Source of the DNA: Laetmonice hystrix
Taxonomy: Eukaryota
DNA: 64,000 bases
NCBI GenBank assembly: GCA_965235115.1
Contig: OZ249440.1
Coordinates: 34,102,001 to 34,166,000, forward strand
Direction: 5' to 3'
The position numbers were made by a program, and so were the translations under genes. How positions within the stretch are numbered: position 1 is the stretch's first letter; every line of letters starts with the position of its first letter. Under the pieces are notes generated by a model. That model made no database searches, was not told the origin of the DNA, and saw nothing but the letters and a program-made list of their open reading frames with translations. Of the stretch, positions 50,275 to 62,253 are shown in pieces.

Positions 50275-51731
50275 GGGCCGGTTTTTCAATGAAGTTGAGC
50301 CAGCTTAGCCAGACGACTTAGGCCCATGAACGTTTTTCAATGGTCATTTTGAGAGCTGAGTAGGCTACTTAAACCTTGGAACTTAAGTCACCTCGGGAGG
50401 TGACTTGAGCCACCTGACCACGTCCTAATGTAGCCAAGTGCGGCATGCCATACACTCCTATCAACTGACAGCGCCTGATGGAAGATAAACTGTGGCAAAA
50501 AATGGTGTTTGGAAAGGTTCCTAAATATTTTCATTCAAAAAAATTAAGTATATCTCTTTTTGGGTCATGTCAAAGGTAACATTTCTAACATGTCCAGTCT
50601 TGGATTATCATCAATGATTATTATTGATACAATGGATGCATTGAAATTGTTTTTCTTATTTAGATTTGCAAAACACCATTTCATGTTTATTTTCATGCAT
50701 CCACACCTAAATCAACCATGTCATTTTTTGCCGTTAAAAAAACGATAATGTACATTACATTTTCCGTCAAATAAATATGCACATTGTGTTCATCTGTCCT
50801 TTATCTCTGAATGTATCAATTTATTAATATCAACTTTAGAATGTACATTTCTGGAATATAATTATGACACATTAAACATTGAAATTACCTATCAATAAAG
50901 TGGTTAAACAGACAGACTGATCCTGTTCATATTTGTCATATATATTTCACACTGATGTATATCTCATACTGATTCGAAGACATGTATTTCTGGTATAAAT
51001 GTCACGCTTTTGGCCTCAATCTATTTGACTTTGCTCAAATAAAATACTGAATCACAACCTCTAACCTCTGCATGGGGCACAACGCAGGGCCGGATCCAGG
51101 GGGGGGGGCGGGGGGGGGCGTACGCCCCCCCCCTATTTTTGGCAGAGTAATGATTTTTTGAGACCGGAATTTTACACTTGCAGGGAAGGGAAAAAAAGGA
51201 ACAGTTCTTTTCTCAGATGCCGGGAAAATGCATCTGACAAACATGAATTTTCAAATTTTTCTGGGGGAGGTCCCACAGGCCCCTTCGGCGCTCGCAATCT
51301 TCTCCAGGGGCTACGCCCCCCCTTTGTAAGAATCCTGGATCCGGCCCTGACAACGGACAGACAAACAAATCCGAGATGCCATTTCCCTGTCCATAGACAT
51401 GGGATAATAAAAGAAATAATGTGAAAATGTGCGCACATTGTCAACTGTACCAATAAAACTCAAAGGCAGCCAAAGAAGAAAAAGCAACACACCACCACCG
51501 GGAATCGAACCATGAACGTGCCTGCTATGTGGCGGGACACTGATAACCGGTGAGAGTCACACCAAAATAGGGATTGCATACCGCGCTAACCGGAATGGAT
51601 CTGTGCAGACTTGAGTCGCTGGCTAAGCTTAAAATTTCATTGAAAAACGCTTTAGACTTAGGTAGCTACTTAAGATCCGTGGCCGACTCAGCCTGAGTAG
51701 CTACTCAGCCATGTCATTGAAAAACCGGCCC
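50275..51731. mobile_element. Harbinger-like non-autonomous element, copy 2 (inverted relative to 33394-34455)
   Basis: Same TIR with CAG/CTG flanks. Has ~150 bp absent from copy 1, plus a nested MITE. Confidence 0.9.
51085..51349. mobile_element. MITE nested in Harbinger copy 2, 6-bp TSD
   Basis: CAGGGCCGGATCCAGG ... CCTGGATCCGGCCCTG with ACAACG duplicated; the empty site is visible in copy 1 (~33635-33650). Confidence 0.88.
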
Positions 51732-52396
51732 CTGGAGATTCTTCTCCCCCAAGTTTCATAAAGATACGGTAAGGGTTTTGGGAGATATAAAAGGCTTCTC
51801 TAAGGTTGGCACGGTACTGAGGTCAAAGGTCATGAAGTGCTAAAAATAGCAAAATCCCGAGAAAATATCCACAGTTGTCTTTTCCCCAAATTAGGACTTT
51901 CTAGCCCCGGTAGTTTTTGGGCTGATGTCAAGTAAGCGCCCAACCACTTCGAAAATGTTGAAGGTCACACAGAGGGCATCTGGGGTCACTCGAACGTGTC
52001 CTCCGGAAAATCTAAATTTGGCACTTAGATGACCCTGCTGACCAAATTTGATGTTATTCCAGCCAGTATTTTCCGAGTTATGGCTTTGGCAAAAACGTGC
52101 CATTTTTTTTAGATCAGCCGCCATCTTGAAAGTTCTAGGTCAACCAAACTGGTTTTCGAACTTGTCCAAGCCCCGGATGAAAGAAGGCCGACATACCAAT
52201 TTTGGATCGATTCAGGCTATTTTTCTCGCGTTATCGTGATCACAGCACAAGTTGGCACATTCGTGCCACGGAAGAGGTCAAAGGTCAAATGGCACTATAA
52301 TTAGAAACAAAGATTTTTCAGAAGGTCCTGTCGGGGCATTTCAAATTTGATAACTCCCTCTCTAACAGTGGCCGAGTTATTCCAAAAAGAAGGAAA

Positions 52397-52688
52397 TGAA
52401 AGGAAGGAAGGAAGGAAGGAAGGAAGGAAGGGAGGGAGGGAGGGAGGGAGGGAGGGAGGGAGGGAGGGAGGGAGGGAGGGAGGGAGGGAGGGAGGGAGGG
52501 AGGGAGGGAGGGAGGGAGGGAGGGAGGGAGGGAGGGAGGGAGGGAGGGAGGGAGGGAGGGAGGGAGGGAGGGAGGGAGGGAGGGAGGGAGGGAGGGAGGG
52601 AGGGAGGGAGGGAGGGAGGGAGGGAGGGAGGGAGGAAGGAAGGAAGGAAGGAAGGAAGGAAGGAAGGAAGGAAGGAAGGAAGGAAGGT
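52397..52688. repeat. (GGAA)n-(GGGA)n-(GGAA)n purine microsatellite
   Basis: Direct inspection. Confidence 0.97.
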
Positions 52689-53075
52689 GCAAAATGGGGG
52701 GGAGACGTAATAAGGCCAGCACAAAGTCTGGAATTGACGAATTTTCGCTCTCTGCCTATCGCGGCCATTTTGACCTCCCGGGTCAGGGAGTAGCCTGGTA
52801 CCCTGCCTAACAGATGCGTCCGCTATGCTACGACATACCTAGAGCAGGCCCCGGTTTTTAGTTTGCAAACTCAATTTTAAGATTCAAATCTTAACACTGA
52901 AAGTTCTCTTGTTTCAGAGCTTCTGATTGATTCTTCAAATGAAGTCAGCCAATGAGAGACCATAACACAAGTCAGTCTTAAAATTCCAGTCTTAAGATTG
53001 GTAAAGTAATGAGCCACATGTATATAGGTCAATTTTAGCCGTGGTCACTCAAGCCTGGCACGCTTTGGTCACCTG

Positions 53076-56000
53076 GGCCCTGTTTGATAAACCACGACCA
53101 AAAAAGAACGATAATTCTTAAAAAATCGTAGCAGGAACGATAATCGTTACGATATATCGTCGGTTCCGTTTCATAAAGTGCATCGTTGAAGAAAATCAAA
53201 ATCGTTACATATTTAAAAATCGTTCCTCGTCGACCCTGGGTAAGACAACCGGGAACCAGTTGAATGAACTGAATAGTGACGTCAGGAGGGGAATTCCGGG
53301 AATACCCCCTTGACACATGCTTGTTCTGCCGTATGTACATACGTTCGTATGTCCGTAGACAGCGATTTCTCAGAAGTGTATGGGTCGATTTCTTTGAAAC
53401 TTCACACAATGATCAGGGATGATCTGAGTATGATGCACGTCAAACAGATTTTTGATATCATTCAAAATGGCCGTTTGGCGGCCATCTTGGATGTAAACAC
53501 ATTTTCATCAATATCTCAGCCAAAACAGTCACGATTTCTTTCAAACCTGGTCCAGGGAGGAGGCATAATGATGGCCAATATGCATCGCAATACAATTTCA
53601 ATTCAGATTCAAAATGGCGACATGGCGGCCATATTTGTTTCTTGACTCCCCACAATGACACTGTTTTGGCTTATATCTCGAAAACGGTGCAAGATGACGC
53701 AATAGTTACTATTACTAATAGATAGGAAGTCATATATGAAGTTCATTTGGTGCCATTTTCCATGACCTTGAGCGACCTTGAAAGGTCAATCAAGGTCATG
53801 CAGATTTTCAATAGCCTGGATCTTTAAAACAGTTGACGATAACAACATAATCTTGCATGAAACATTACATAATGATCAGGTACAGTCCAAGGTAGAGGCA
53901 GGTCAAAGATATTTTTGACATCAGTCAAAATGGCCGCGTGGTGGCCATCTTGGATATAATCACATTTGGAGCAATAACTCAGACAAAACGATCCCGATTT
54001 CTTTCAAATTTGGTAGAAAGAAGGTGCATATCAGGGGCAATGAATATGCCAATGTATTCTCAGATCAGAGCAAATATGGCGACATGGCGGTCACAGTAAT
54101 ATTTTTACTCCCCCATAACACTGTTTTGGCTCGTATCTTGACAACGGTGCAAGATAAGGCAATAGTTACTATTATTGACAGATAGGAAGTCATATATGAA
54201 GTTTCGTTTGGCGCCATTTTCCATGACCTTGAGCGACCTTGAAAGGTCAATCAAGGTCATGCAGATTTTAATGGCCTGTATCTCCAAATCAGTTGAAGAT
54301 AACAAGATCTAATCTTGCATGCAACATTACATAATAACCAGGGACAGTCTAAGGAGGACACAGGTCAAACATATCATTAAAAATGGCTGCTTGCTGGCCA
54401 TCTTGGATATGAAAAAATTCGAAACAATAACTCTGACATTTTCTGTCCTTCTTTCTTGGTGACAGAAGGCATGAGGGGCAACAAGCGTGCCAAAAGTACA
54501 CATAGTTCCTGGACCCACAGATAATTAGTCCCTACTCAGTTAGTGGGCTGTGACTCTGACGGGGTCTGGTGAAATTTACTAATTTTAGTAAAAATTGAGA
54601 GAGAAAATCATGAATTTCCATGAATTTAACTAACCTCTAAAGGTCCATCAAGGTCAAGCATATTTGCAATTGCCTGGATCTACAAAATACTTCACGCCGG
54701 ATAACGCTATCAAACTGTACATAACTGACCTCTAAAGGCCAATCAAGGTCAAGCATATTTGCAATTGCCTGTGTCTAGACAAAACACTTCACGTCGGATA
54801 ACACTATCAAATTGTACATAACTGCATAGTTACTATAAGATGCGGACGAAGTACATACGAAGTTTCCTTTGGCAATATTTTCTTTGCCCTTAGTAGATAC
54901 CTAGTTAGGGCTAGACTTAGTGCTTGTTATCCTGTAAATAAAGGATAAAATCATGTAGACCTACATTGTAGGCATACATGTCTTATGTTTTGCCCTCCAC
55001 AAGAAACCCCATGTCCCAGATGTTCCGAGTAAAGAACACAAAGAACACAAAGAGAAGAAAAAGTCATCATCTCCCAAGATAAAGCACAAGATGAGAGAGG
55101 CACAGTATGGACTCCCTCAATATCCGTCACCCCCCCCCCCCTACGGCCCGGCTAACGGTGGGGTTGCTAAAGTCCTAGACCAGAACTCTGTAGTTGGGCC
55201 CTGTCGCGTAGAAGCACAGGGCCAAACACATCTGCAAAATGAGGAAGGGGCTATTAACATATTTTTTGGTGAGTTAGTTTTAGGCCTACACAGCTGATAT
55301 AGGCATCTTAATTACTTTAAGAGGAATTACCCTATTAAAGAAGTATACCTTACTTATTTCTAAGTAATACATATGGGAAATTTTGAATAAATGTTAGCTT
55401 TTTGACACAAATTCAAGCTTTGACTATATTCATGATACTACTTGGATCGCCGGACGTTGAGCAAAACGGCGAGTCTTCATATGTTCTTGAAAGGGCGATC
55501 ACTGACTCATTGTCCAGCCGATACCGTTTCCCGAATAAGTCGCCGTCAAACCTATTAATCGGGTCTATTTGCGCGAAGAACCATCTCCTTCTCCCCTCCA
55601 TAATTCACGGTTGAAGTAAAATTCCGCAAAAATTCACTTATTTCGCGCCTTTATATTATTCTACGACAACCCTCGGTGTGGTCGTGGCCAACGATTTTTT
55701 TTCGAGGAAATAACGATATGTTTCACGAATAAGTCACCGTAAAACCTAGTATTAATTGGGTTTATTCACGCGAAGAACCACCGACGCCTCCTTCTCCTCT
55801 CCATAAATGACGGTTGTAGTAAAATTCCGCCAAAATTCACTCATTTCGTGTTTTTATATTATCCTACGACAACCCTCGGGGTGGTCATGGCCAACGACTA
55901 TTTTCGAGGAAATAACGATTGAAAAAAAGCCAAGAACGATTTTATGAAACACTTGAGCGATTTTTCATTTGGTCGTGACAAATTTATCGTTCTTCGACAA

Positions 56001-56084
56001 GAACGATCTTTTATGAAACAGAATCTATCGTACATCGACAATATGATTAAATCTAAAATGTAAGATTTTTTATGAAACAGGGCC
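53076..56084 (-). mobile_element. Decayed Harbinger-like transposon with nested repeats
   Basis: TIR GGCCCTGTTT[GC]ATAAA with CTG TSD. The minus-strand remnant DPINRFDGDLFGKRYRLDNESVIAL (55413-55601) resembles a Harbinger transposase N-terminus. ~190-bp internal duplication at 55520-55920. Confidence 0.7.
53310..54530. repeat. Non-autonomous repeat with ~480-bp internal tandem duplication (AAAATGGC/GCCATCTTGG, TGACCTTGA motifs)
   Basis: CCATGACCTTGAGCGACCTTGAAAGGTCAATCAAGGTCATGCAGATTTT at ~53760 and ~54221; GTAT-like microsatellite near the left end. Class uncertain (Helentron-associated type possible). Confidence 0.65.
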
Positions 56085-56183
56085 CTGGAGACAACTACAT
56101 GTGTATAAGGGTTGTAACCAAGTGGGGTCGGACTTCGATAATAAGGGGTGATGGTAGTGGACCCTCGTGGTCACAGCAGACAA

Positions 56184-56186
<3 letters not shown>

Positions 56187-56270
<84 letters not shown>

Positions 56271-56278
56271 TTACTATA

Positions 56279-56331
<53 letters not shown>

Positions 56332-56349
56332 GTACTATAGTAAGTGACG

Positions 56350-56436
<87 letters not shown>
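56187..56436. repeat. (TA)n microsatellite interrupted by TACTATAGTA motifs
   Basis: Direct inspection. Confidence 0.95.
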
Positions 56437-56444
<8 letters not shown>

Positions 56445-57021
56445 GTTCTAGTCATACGTTTTTACTCAAGACTCAAGATTGACCTGGGTTAGGCCATTTC
56501 TGGCACTGATAGATCTGATCCACATCTATCAAAATTATGATTAATCTCTAATTTTCTATTTTTGAGGTTAGACCACTCTGGTTCTAAACCCTTCAATTCT
56601 GACATTCGTAAATCCGGCCCTTCAACTGCTGACAACGATTGACCATGCAAGTATGATGCAACACTGGATTATACTTACTGCATCACCTCAATGAACACCA
56701 AGCTACCAATTAGGCATACACTGTAGTTCTACTTACATGTACACCATTGTTTTTCAGCAAGATATTCTCTAGCTTCACCATCATCTCTGCATACTGTGCT
56801 TCCACGTCACTGGTCGAGGGAAGCAAGGATTAGAATTCTACGGTGATCTGAAAAAAAACCCCAGGAATTCCTATCGATTAGATGTCTAAACAGCTATAAT
56901 ACTGATCCAAAGACTGAGAAGGAACATTTTATGTTATTCAAACTGGAGGGCTGCATGCAGTGCTTTAAATTTTGATGTTGAAAATGTCTCCCGTACCTTT
57001 TCCAATATCCAGAAACTACAT

Positions 57022-57259
57022 CAAGGGCGTCGGAACAGGGGGGTGGGGAGGGGGCACGTGCCCCCCCTAGCTTTTGCCGACCGACAAAAATGTTAAAACC
57101 CATCATTTTAAAATGGGTGCAGAAGATGGGCAAATAGCACCGCCAATAAATAATAAGGTCTCAGATGATGGTAGCTTACAACGCCTAACTGCAGGGCTCA
57201 TGGAAACTTTGCCCCCCCCCCCCGGCCCCTCCTGGCAACCAAACGCTCCGACGCCCCTG
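57022..57259. mobile_element. MITE with 5-bp TSD
   Basis: CAAGGGCGTCGGA ... TCCGACGCCCCTG flanked by TACAT. Confidence 0.78.
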
Positions 57260-57521
57260 TACATGGACATTATTTCATCTGCTGCCATGATAGTACTTAC
57301 GAATTCTATGTCGAGAAGAAGAGGAAAGAGTTCCCCTATCTTTCGGACTGCTCCGTCTTCGACACGTGAAATCCTTTCTCGCCTTAGCCCCAATGCCAGC
57401 TTGAAAAGCCTTTTGAGGAGGGGCTTGTCCCGTGCTTCTTGGGGTTTCTTTAGTTCTTCATCAAGCTGCTCGCTTGCCTTTTTGGCCGACAGTTCCTTAT
57501 CTGCAAAATATTGTATTTGTA

Positions 57522-58510
57522 GGGGAACCCGGGACAAAGTGGACCAACAATTTTTGTGCGACAAAAATGATGTCAAATAATGTAGATAAGCAAAGTATGT
57601 GACTATTATATATTGGCGTAGGAGTAACACTTAGAGATGGCACAAAGAAAGTTCATATAACAAAAAGTTTTATTGAAACATATGAAATTTTACCCCAAAA
57701 AATCCACTTTGCCCCTGGAGTCGGTGCCTGGGGCAAAGTGGAATCTGCCATGGGGCAAAGTGAAACTTCTTAACTAATATTGTAAACCACAGCTCATGCA
57801 CCTCTTTATACTATAGGCTTTAAGGGAACACCTTAATGATCATATTCTTTGATTCCCTGCAGAATTCACATATATAGTTGTCGTCACTGCATGCCCATTT
57901 GCCCAGCCCAATCGTTGTGCGCCCATTTATTACATGTTTGACATAGGGGCCTAAAATACAGAAAGATCTGACAGGAGTGCACATTATCATCATAATGAAA
58001 CATCATTGACATCAGCCTCTAAATTAGTTTGGGCCTATAGTTTAGAGCTCTCACATTAACTAAGCACCTACACAGATGGTTACCCTTTTTAAATGCTGAG
58101 TGTATTCAAAAGCACGGTGGGGGCAAAGTGGAAGACCAGGGTCAAAGTGGAACCTTGTTTCACTTTGCCCCATCCACTTTGCCCCGAGCACATAACATTT
58201 TCATGAATGTTATGTTGTGTACACAGGGCTTCGATTCATCAACATGACATATGTAATGACGTCTACATGATAACAGTACTTTAGTAGATGATCTAGTCTG
58301 GAAAATTATTGGTTTGAAAACATACAAAACAGACTTCTCCTAAAAAAGTACATACCGGACAAATGATTATGGCTGCTACTAAAAAGACTTTAAGAGTATA
58401 CTATCAAGAGGGCTTTTAATTATAAAAGTTACACATAGATGGCGACATCGATATTCCTCTGCTGAGACCATTTCACTTTGCCCCGGGTTCCACTTTGCCC
58501 CGGGTTCCCC
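57522..58510. mobile_element. TIR element with TA flanks and CCACTTTGCCCC subterminal repeats
   Basis: GGGGAACCCGGGACAAAGTGGA ... TCCACTTTGCCCCGGGTTCCCC with TA on both sides. Confidence 0.8.
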
Positions 58511-58999
58511 TACATGGAGGTCAGAAATACTTCGCACTTTTGCACAAATGGCCATTTGGGCATTTTGATTGGGGCACAAAATTAAAATTAAAAAGTTGGG
58601 GCTGTTTAGCATAATACCTTCTGGAATCGACGCCATTTTCATGCATCGTTTTGCCTTTCCAGCTGCAGGAGTTTTGAGTCCATCTGCATTGTGTCTTTTC
58701 AGTCTGGTTGCTCGAAGCCACCTGATGTGCCGCAACTTCTGCGATAACTTGCTGTTCAAGAAGGACTGGAATTAATTATACTACAGTTTAATCATTATGG
58801 CAGACCTGCCACTCGGGCCAAAGTGAAAATCAGGACAGGCAGTAAGAAAAACAGGAAAAAATCAGGATCATATCTGTTACCAGCGACAGACAAAAACATA
58901 CAAAAAGACTTAACAACAAACCACACAGCATTTACTGAGCAATTCCCAGTTCCATTCCATTCTTCACACAATTAGAGAACATTTCCACTATATACAGTC

Positions 59000-59263
59000 C
59001 AGGGGCGGATCCAGCTTTTTCAAATGGAGGGAGGGGGGGTTCAACGTTTCCAGAGACGGCATGCCCATGCCTTGCGAGCGCACGAAGCCACTAACAGCTG
59101 GGGGTTTGGGGGCGCTGTAAGCCCCCCAAGAAAATTTTGTAATTTAAGGTATAATTTTGTGATATATGGCGCATTTTAGGTAATAAAACAAGGACTGAAT
59201 GATATGATCTGCAAAACTTTAGGGGGGTTCGAACCCCCTGAACCCCCCCTGGATCTGCCAGTG
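59000..59263. mobile_element. CAG-ended MITE with 5-bp TSD
   Basis: CAGGGGCGGATCCAG ... CTGGATCTGCCAGTG flanked by CAGTC. Confidence 0.75.
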
Positions 59264-60888
59264 CAGTCTCACAAAAGTAGCTGGCTTTGATTTTACTTTC
59301 TCTTGGACTTAGCCACGCGACAGCGTCACCGTGACGGAATGGCAGCATCCTCCCGTTGATAGCATTTTCATTTTTAGGAGGATAACATCACTCAGAAGAC
59401 CGCCAAGGGTTATTTACACGGACACAACGTAAAATCGGGATTTCAGGAAAGAAAACGAAAAATCGGAATTTTGAAAAAATCGGGATGATTCTGATTTAAT
59501 CAGGATGAATGGCATCATCGCCATAATCATGGTCATAAGTATCATCATAATAGAATACTTACCCATGCATTGTTTTGTCCGGTGAACTGCAGACACGGAT
59601 AGGTAACAACCAGTCTTCTACCATAGTCCTGGTACTCCCCCTTCTCCTTCATGTCCCCATGTGCTATGATATGGTAGGCTGTCTCCTCAATAAAGGCATC
59701 AAAGTCTGCCATGATCTCACCTTTCGCAAGTGACACACGAACACGGTCACTGTAGTTTGGCAGTGGCATTGCGCCTTGCACAGCGTTGGTTGAACATATC
59801 CCATTTTGGCTCGTAGATGGTGCACCTGTGCCCTCAGCAGCATTGGATGAACCTGCAGCAGGTTCCATTATAGGTGGCACTGGTCCCTGCACAACGGCAT
59901 TGGAGGCAAGTGTTTCAGACTGGATCCCAGATAACGTTGTGTGCTCGGCAAGGACATCAGGCTGAAATATAAATATGTAGGCCTATATATCGGGTGGATA
60001 GAAAAAAACCGCCCCGAACTTCAAACTTCAATATTTCAAAACGTAATGATTGTAATTCAATGAAATTTTTCCTAATATCACCTCATGATCTTGTCTCTTA
60101 GTTTTTAATAGCTTTGATATTAATTCCGTGGCACTAAAAACAAACAAAAAATGTCCAAAAGAGCAATGCCGGCTTGTAGTTAGTGTGTTTTTAGTTGGAC
60201 CTAGAGTCCCAGGCCAGAGAGTATAGGTGTCCCCTGAAGAAAGAAGAAAGTTGTAATTTTTTTTTAAATTACATGTCCACTTGCTCATCTTTTATTGATC
60301 TTGGTGGTAACGAAAACTAGGACTGATGTTTCAGCTGTAAAAACCGACAGCAGCAGAGTACTTTCCAGTTAGGATACTCCGTGAACTTCTGGCTGCAGTC
60401 ATATCGTCTTACTGCTGCACAGTTTCTCTGTAGGGTTTGGCACATTAAACATCTGTTTTTCTCTAGAAGTACTAGGAATAGCACACAATTTATTATATCT
60501 AGTGGTCCACAACATTATACATATTGTAAAACACACAAAAACTAAATATTGAAAATCTTTTTACCCAATGCGGTTATCAAACGGCAGCTGCATGATATTT
60601 GACTTAATTCCGGCATTGCGTTTTTGGACAATGATTTTTGTTTTTAGCGCCACAGGATTAATATCAAAGCTATTGAGCTGAAACTTTAACATACCAGAGA
60701 TAATATCATGAAGTGATACGAGGAGAAATATTACTGAATTATAATGCATAGTTTTTGAGATATTAAAGTTCGGGACTTTTTTTTATCCATCCGATATATA
60801 CATCGTATACATTAAGTGGAGTAGTTTTAAGTCCAAGTGTGGGGCATATCGACACGCTGGCCCAAAGCACCTCCCCTATAGCAACATA

Positions 60889-61815
60889 CAGTAAAACTCG
60901 TATAGGTCGTATTCGTATAAGTCGGATCTTCGCTCAACTCGTATGAATCCGTTTGGACCGTTTGTTCTGTAATGTTTTTCTTAATAAAATTCTGCGCCTC
61001 AGTCGGATTTCGTAAGTCGGATCTTCGCTTAACTCGGATACAATTGTCGGTACATTTGATCTAATTCCGTTGTTTTTCCTTCGCTTAAGTCGGATCGGGT
61101 GTATGTTCAGAATTTGACTGAGCCATTTACCTTCCGATGGTCTCAAACTCAGTTTCGCATTCGATACACATAGCCTAGGGGCAGTGGCGTCGAGAGACTG
61201 GGCGGGCCCCGGGGCGGCACAATTCACGGACCCCCCTACCGGCCTATCCTCTCCCCCTGCTTCCACTGGAGGATCCAGGGGGCCCTAGGGGGCCCGGGCT
61301 CTCTTATAGATTTCCCTTTTTTATGAAGATGCATGAGAAACCAGGATGCCAAGAAGTATTTTAATAAAATAAAACATCTAAACGTGTGTTAATAACAATT
61401 ATTGTGTGTGGGAGGGTGGGTTTGTTTGTGTGTGTCTAGTACAGTCACAATCAAATCATGCCGAGCGTAGCGAGGCCAAAAATCTTTTTAAGTGGGCCCC
61501 CCCTTATCAATATCCTGGATCCCCCACTAACTTCCTATCGAAAAAAATCCAGCTTGGCCCGGGCCCCCACAACTGACCCGGGCCCCGGGTCACTTGCCCC
61601 CCTCTCGACGCCACTGCCTAGAGGTAGGTGGTGACTTTCCCGGGAAGTTTTGCTATGACGAATTTGACATCAATTGATTCAATAAATACTTGGCTTGTAT
61701 GGCTTATTACCTGACAAAGAAAGGTTACAGCTCGATCCTCGTGTAAGTCGGATCTTCGCTTAACTCGGATAAAATTGCGCGGTCCACTTGGATCCGACTT
61801 ATGCGAGTTTTACTG
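60889..61815. mobile_element. Tc1/pogo-like MITE
   Basis: TA-CAGTAAAACTCG ... CGAGTTTTACTG-TA; internal TAAGTCGGATCTTCGCT repeats. Confidence 0.82.
61182..61616. mobile_element. hAT-like MITE with 8-bp TSD
   Basis: CAGTGGCGTCGAGAG ... CTCTCGACGCCACTG with flanks CCTAGGGG/CCTAGAGG. Confidence 0.82.
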
Positions 61816-62253
61816 TACAAACTTTGTGAGAGGGGCGGCTACCTGACTTTAGAGGTCAAGATCAAGGTTAGGACAAGGTCAAATGTTAGTTATTTTCATG
61901 TTTATAAATTTGGTGCTTTGGGCCAGCGTGTCACGATTGTTCCCCTAAGCCATCCACTATACATAGTATTTTCCAATATGAAAGAACAGAAGTGGAATAT
62001 TACACCATTTGATATTAATTTCTATTTGACAGGCTATTGTATCACTGTCAGTCTGTACCCGAGATAGCAGTACTTTCCAACATAAATCATACCTTATTAA
62101 TGGCCAGGAGGACCATTAACTTCCTCACAACCCCGATCTTCCTTGCTGGCAGCATCTCTTTGAGGTCACTCTCTGTAAGGTGGCGCAGTGTGAATCCGTC
62201 GACAACATTATCTGCAGAATTAGAGTCCTGAGTTCATAATTTTCAACTGCATG

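Larger units (their letters stand above)
56737..62211 (-). pseudogene. SAM-domain (SAMD3-like) companion gene of the EnSpm element
   Basis: Phase-consistent exons 62211-62093 (DNVVDGFTLRHLTESDLKEMLPARKIGVVRKLM, SAM-like), 59961-59563 (YGRRLVVTYPCL..W), 58765-58618 (LSQKLRHIR), 57500-57301 (RRERI..GELFPLL), 56847-56737 (ITVEF then an in-frame TAA at 56832-56830). Confidence 0.65.

Noticed and set aside
33394..51731. 1-kb inverted repeats as the true long TIRs of the SET-YR element (Polinton-like)
   Set aside because: Each copy has its own TIRs and CWG flanks and they differ by indels. The YR element has separate 30-bp ends, and no polB or capsid genes are present.
52301..52793. LPPS / GGRE repeat ORFs
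   Set aside because: Translations of a (GGGA)/(GGAA) microsatellite.
56072..56455. IYIY ORFs, and the poly-T/L/I ORF at 46067-46354
   Set aside because: Microsatellite translations.
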